Shown here in pieces: positions 62,393 to 64,000 of a DNA stretch of 64,000 nucleotides. The stretch is from positions 5,127-69,126 of the forward strand of contig CAZOZG010000002.1 in the NCBI GenBank assembly GCA_964584225.1, in the 5' to 3' direction. The notes under the pieces are model-generated. The model saw nothing but the letters and a program-made list of their open reading frames with translations, had not been told where the DNA came from and searched no databases. Every line of letters begins with the position of its first letter. Position 1 is the first letter of the stretch. The DNA comes from an uncultured Candidatus Saccharibacteria bacterium. Lineage in GTDB: Bacteria > Patescibacteriota > Minisyncoccia > Phycocordibacterales > UBA2100. The translations under genes were made by a program, and so were the position numbers.

Positions 62393-64000
62393 ATGCGCAT
62401 GACGTATAAAAACACGTTTGCAAGTTTGGTTCTCACTTTTAGTATTGCGATCACACCGACCTTCGCATTTGCGGACGATGCGAGCTCGACGCCGCCACTC
62501 GATGCAAGTTCGACTCCCCCGACCGCCACTTCAACAGAGCCTACGGCGACATCATCGCCACTGTCGATCACCGCTCCAGGAGATCAAACATTTTCGACGA
62601 CGACATTTCCTGCGTTTCCGTTACTGGATTTTGCGACAGCGTCCGACACTCCGGATTCGAATCCAACTGTCAGCTTTTCTCCGACATCATTTCCGCATGG
62701 CACGACGACGGTGACATGGACGGCGACCGATGCCGCGAACAACGTCGCAACAACCACCTCGAACGTCGGCGTCTTTCTCGGCGTCGAAGGTTCTATCGAT
62801 GTGCCGCCGAATTGCATCGTGACCGATAGCGACGGAGTCGCACATCAATACCCTGAAGCGAGTTCGACAAGCACGTACCTTGGAATCTGTGCGCTTGAAG
62901 CAGCAAAAGAGAGTGGCCTCATTTCTTCAGTTGGACTCTCGAATCAGTTTCCGAGTCTCGGCTTGTTTGTGACGAGTGTCGATGGAATCGCTGCAGACCC
63001 AAATAGTCAATTCTGGGCACTCTTTCAAAATGATGGTTTCGCGAGCGCAGGACTGAGCTCGCTTCCGGTACATGCGACTGACACGATCGCTTTGAAACTC
63101 GAGGACTTCAATGGCAACAATCTGGGTGGCAAGGTCATCCTGCATATCAATAGTCTGGTGAGCACGAGCTCGAATGCAACAAGCACGAGTGCTACGAGCA
63201 CACCGGAAAATCCGCCGCCCCCGCCCGGAGGCGGCGGTGGCATTTCGCACCTATTCCTCAACATCCCAAACGCGTTTGCGTATCTTACGAGTAAACAAAA
63301 CGCCAACGGTTCCTTCGGCGCACCAGGGGACGACCCGATCAAGACAGACTGGGCCGCGATCGCGTGTGCGGTCCCGAATGCACCTGCGCAGCCGTGCAAT
63401 AAGTTGCGCGCGTACGAACTCGCGGCTACGCCAACGCTCTCCGTCGTTACCGACGCGGAGCGACATGCAATGGCGCTTGAAGCATTGAATATCGATCCCT
63501 ACACAGGTGCTTCCGTCAATTACATTGCAACAATTGTGAATGCCTTCGACGGCACGAGTATTCCCGGACCGGTACAAAATGATATTTTCGCACTCTTCCC
63601 ACTCCTGCACGCCGGCTATGCACCGACCGACGACATAATTCAAAAAATCGGCGCTTCGGTACTCGCTGCACAAAAGCCTGACGGTTCGTGGGGCGATCCG
63701 GACACGACGGCTGCGGCAATTCAGGGGCTCGGCATGCTCTTCACAGGAGACCCGGCGAAAGATGGCGCGCTCGGCGCAGCACTCGGCATGGCCGAAGGAA
63801 AGCTACTCGCGACCGAAGGCTCCGACGCGTCATGGGACGAAAACGTCGACTCGACGAGTTGGATACAAACGATGATGAACTCGGTGCAGGAGGGCGATCC
63901 AGCTCATGCAATTCCCTTCACGAGCTCCGCCGGCCTCGTCCCCAACGATGCGATCGCGCGTACCCAAGCGACAGACGGCGGTGTGCAACCAAATAGCGTG
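62393..64000 (+). CDS. Partial large secreted surface protein (continues past the right edge): signal peptide, T/S/P-rich region, HYR-like segment, DUF4430-like domain, G/P linker, and prenyltransferase/squalene-cyclase-like alpha/alpha-toroid repeats.
   Basis: Manual translation from ATG 62393 stays open to 64000: MRMTYKNTFASLVLTFSIAITPTFAFADDASSTPP...TWTATDAANNVATTTSNV...GICALEAAKESGLISSVGLSNQFPSLGLFVTSVDGIAADPNSQFWALFQNDGF...PPPPPGGGGG...KQNANGSFGAPGD...QKPDGSWGDPDTT. Not in the ORF track because it has no stop in the window. Confidence 0.5.
   Translation, partial: MRMTYKNTFASLVLTFSIAITPTFAFADDASSTPPLDASSTPPTATSTEPTATSSPLSITAPGDQTFSTTTFPAFPLLDFATASDTPDSNPTVSFSPTSFPHGTTTVTWTATDAANNVATTTSNVGVFLGVEGSIDVPPNCIVTDSDGVAHQYPEASSTSTYLGICALEAAKESGLISSVGLSNQFPSLGLFVTSVDGIAADPNSQFWALFQNDGFASAGLSSLPVHATDTIALKLEDFNGNNLGGKVILHINSLVSTSSNATSTSATSTPENPPPPPGGGGGISHLFLNIPNAFAYLTSKQNANGSFGAPGDDPIKTDWAAIACAVPNAPAQPCNKLRAYELAATPTLSVVTDAERHAMALEALNIDPYTGASVNYIATIVNAFDGTSIPGPVQNDIFALFPLLHAGYAPTDDIIQKIGASVLAAQKPDGSWGDPDTTAAAIQGLGMLFTGDPAKDGALGAALGMAEGKLLATEGSDASWDENVDSTSWIQTMMNSVQEGDPAHAIPFTSSAGLVPNDAIARTQATDGGVQPNSV

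Noticed and set aside
1-64000. Search for CRISPR arrays, tRNA/rRNA genes, transposases and integrases.
   Set aside because: No direct-repeat/spacer periodicity, no cloverleaf-like tRNA candidates (no GGTTCGAATCC-type T-loops in the few sizeable spacers), and no DDE or tyrosine recombinase motifs were seen in any frame.

Overview
This 64-kb window is about 55% GC, encoded mostly on the minus strand, and gene-dense, with several ATGA stop/start overlaps. Housekeeping genes sit at both ends: gatB, secA, rsmI, murC, murD and an orphan pstB. Between them, from about 8.8 to 51.6 kb, lies a roughly 43-kb cell-surface glycan biosynthesis island. Its contents are: (1) an O-antigen-ligase/TPR membrane protein; (2) a CMP-nonulosonic-acid module (kinase-like, HAD phosphatase, NeuB-SAF-cupin fusion, NeuA-like) with two candidate transferases; (3) four SAM methyltransferases and two AsnB-type amidotransferases; (4) three paralogous GT-C membrane glycosyltransferases, two with adjacent GT2 polyprenyl-phosphate-sugar synthase-like partners; (5) a dTDP-deoxyhexose module (RmlA, RmlB, 2,3-dehydratase-like, a broken Gfo/Idh/MocA ketoreductase, C-methyltransferase); (6) a GDP-sugar module (Gmd, nucleotidyltransferase-cupin fusion, second C-methyltransferase-family gene); (7) a Wzx flippase, about seven GT4 transferases, a short UGDH-family dehydrogenase, a UXS-like SDR and a NodB deacetylase. 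The right side carries a VirD4/TraD-like ATPase with a long disordered tail, and two DUF4430-type secreted proteins preceded by a promoter plus a roughly 180-nt structured leader that I flag as a candidate cobalamin riboswitch. At the left, an excisionase-like HTH module occurs three times across two membrane-tethered proteins (one partial, one with two copies). Other observations from direct reading are a diverged duplicate of the gatB 5' end flanking a two-gene plus-strand insert, a Lys-rich micro-ORF and hairpin/T-tract terminator upstream of secA, long perfect palindromes, and an in-frame TGA splitting a ketoreductase gene. No rRNA, tRNA, CRISPR array or transposase was seen. Genes that run off either edge, and non-ATG starts, are not represented correctly in the supplied ORF track (the track prints M for TTG/GTG starts), so I re-read those. 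Taxonomic placement (possibly CPR/Parcubacteria-like) is inference only.
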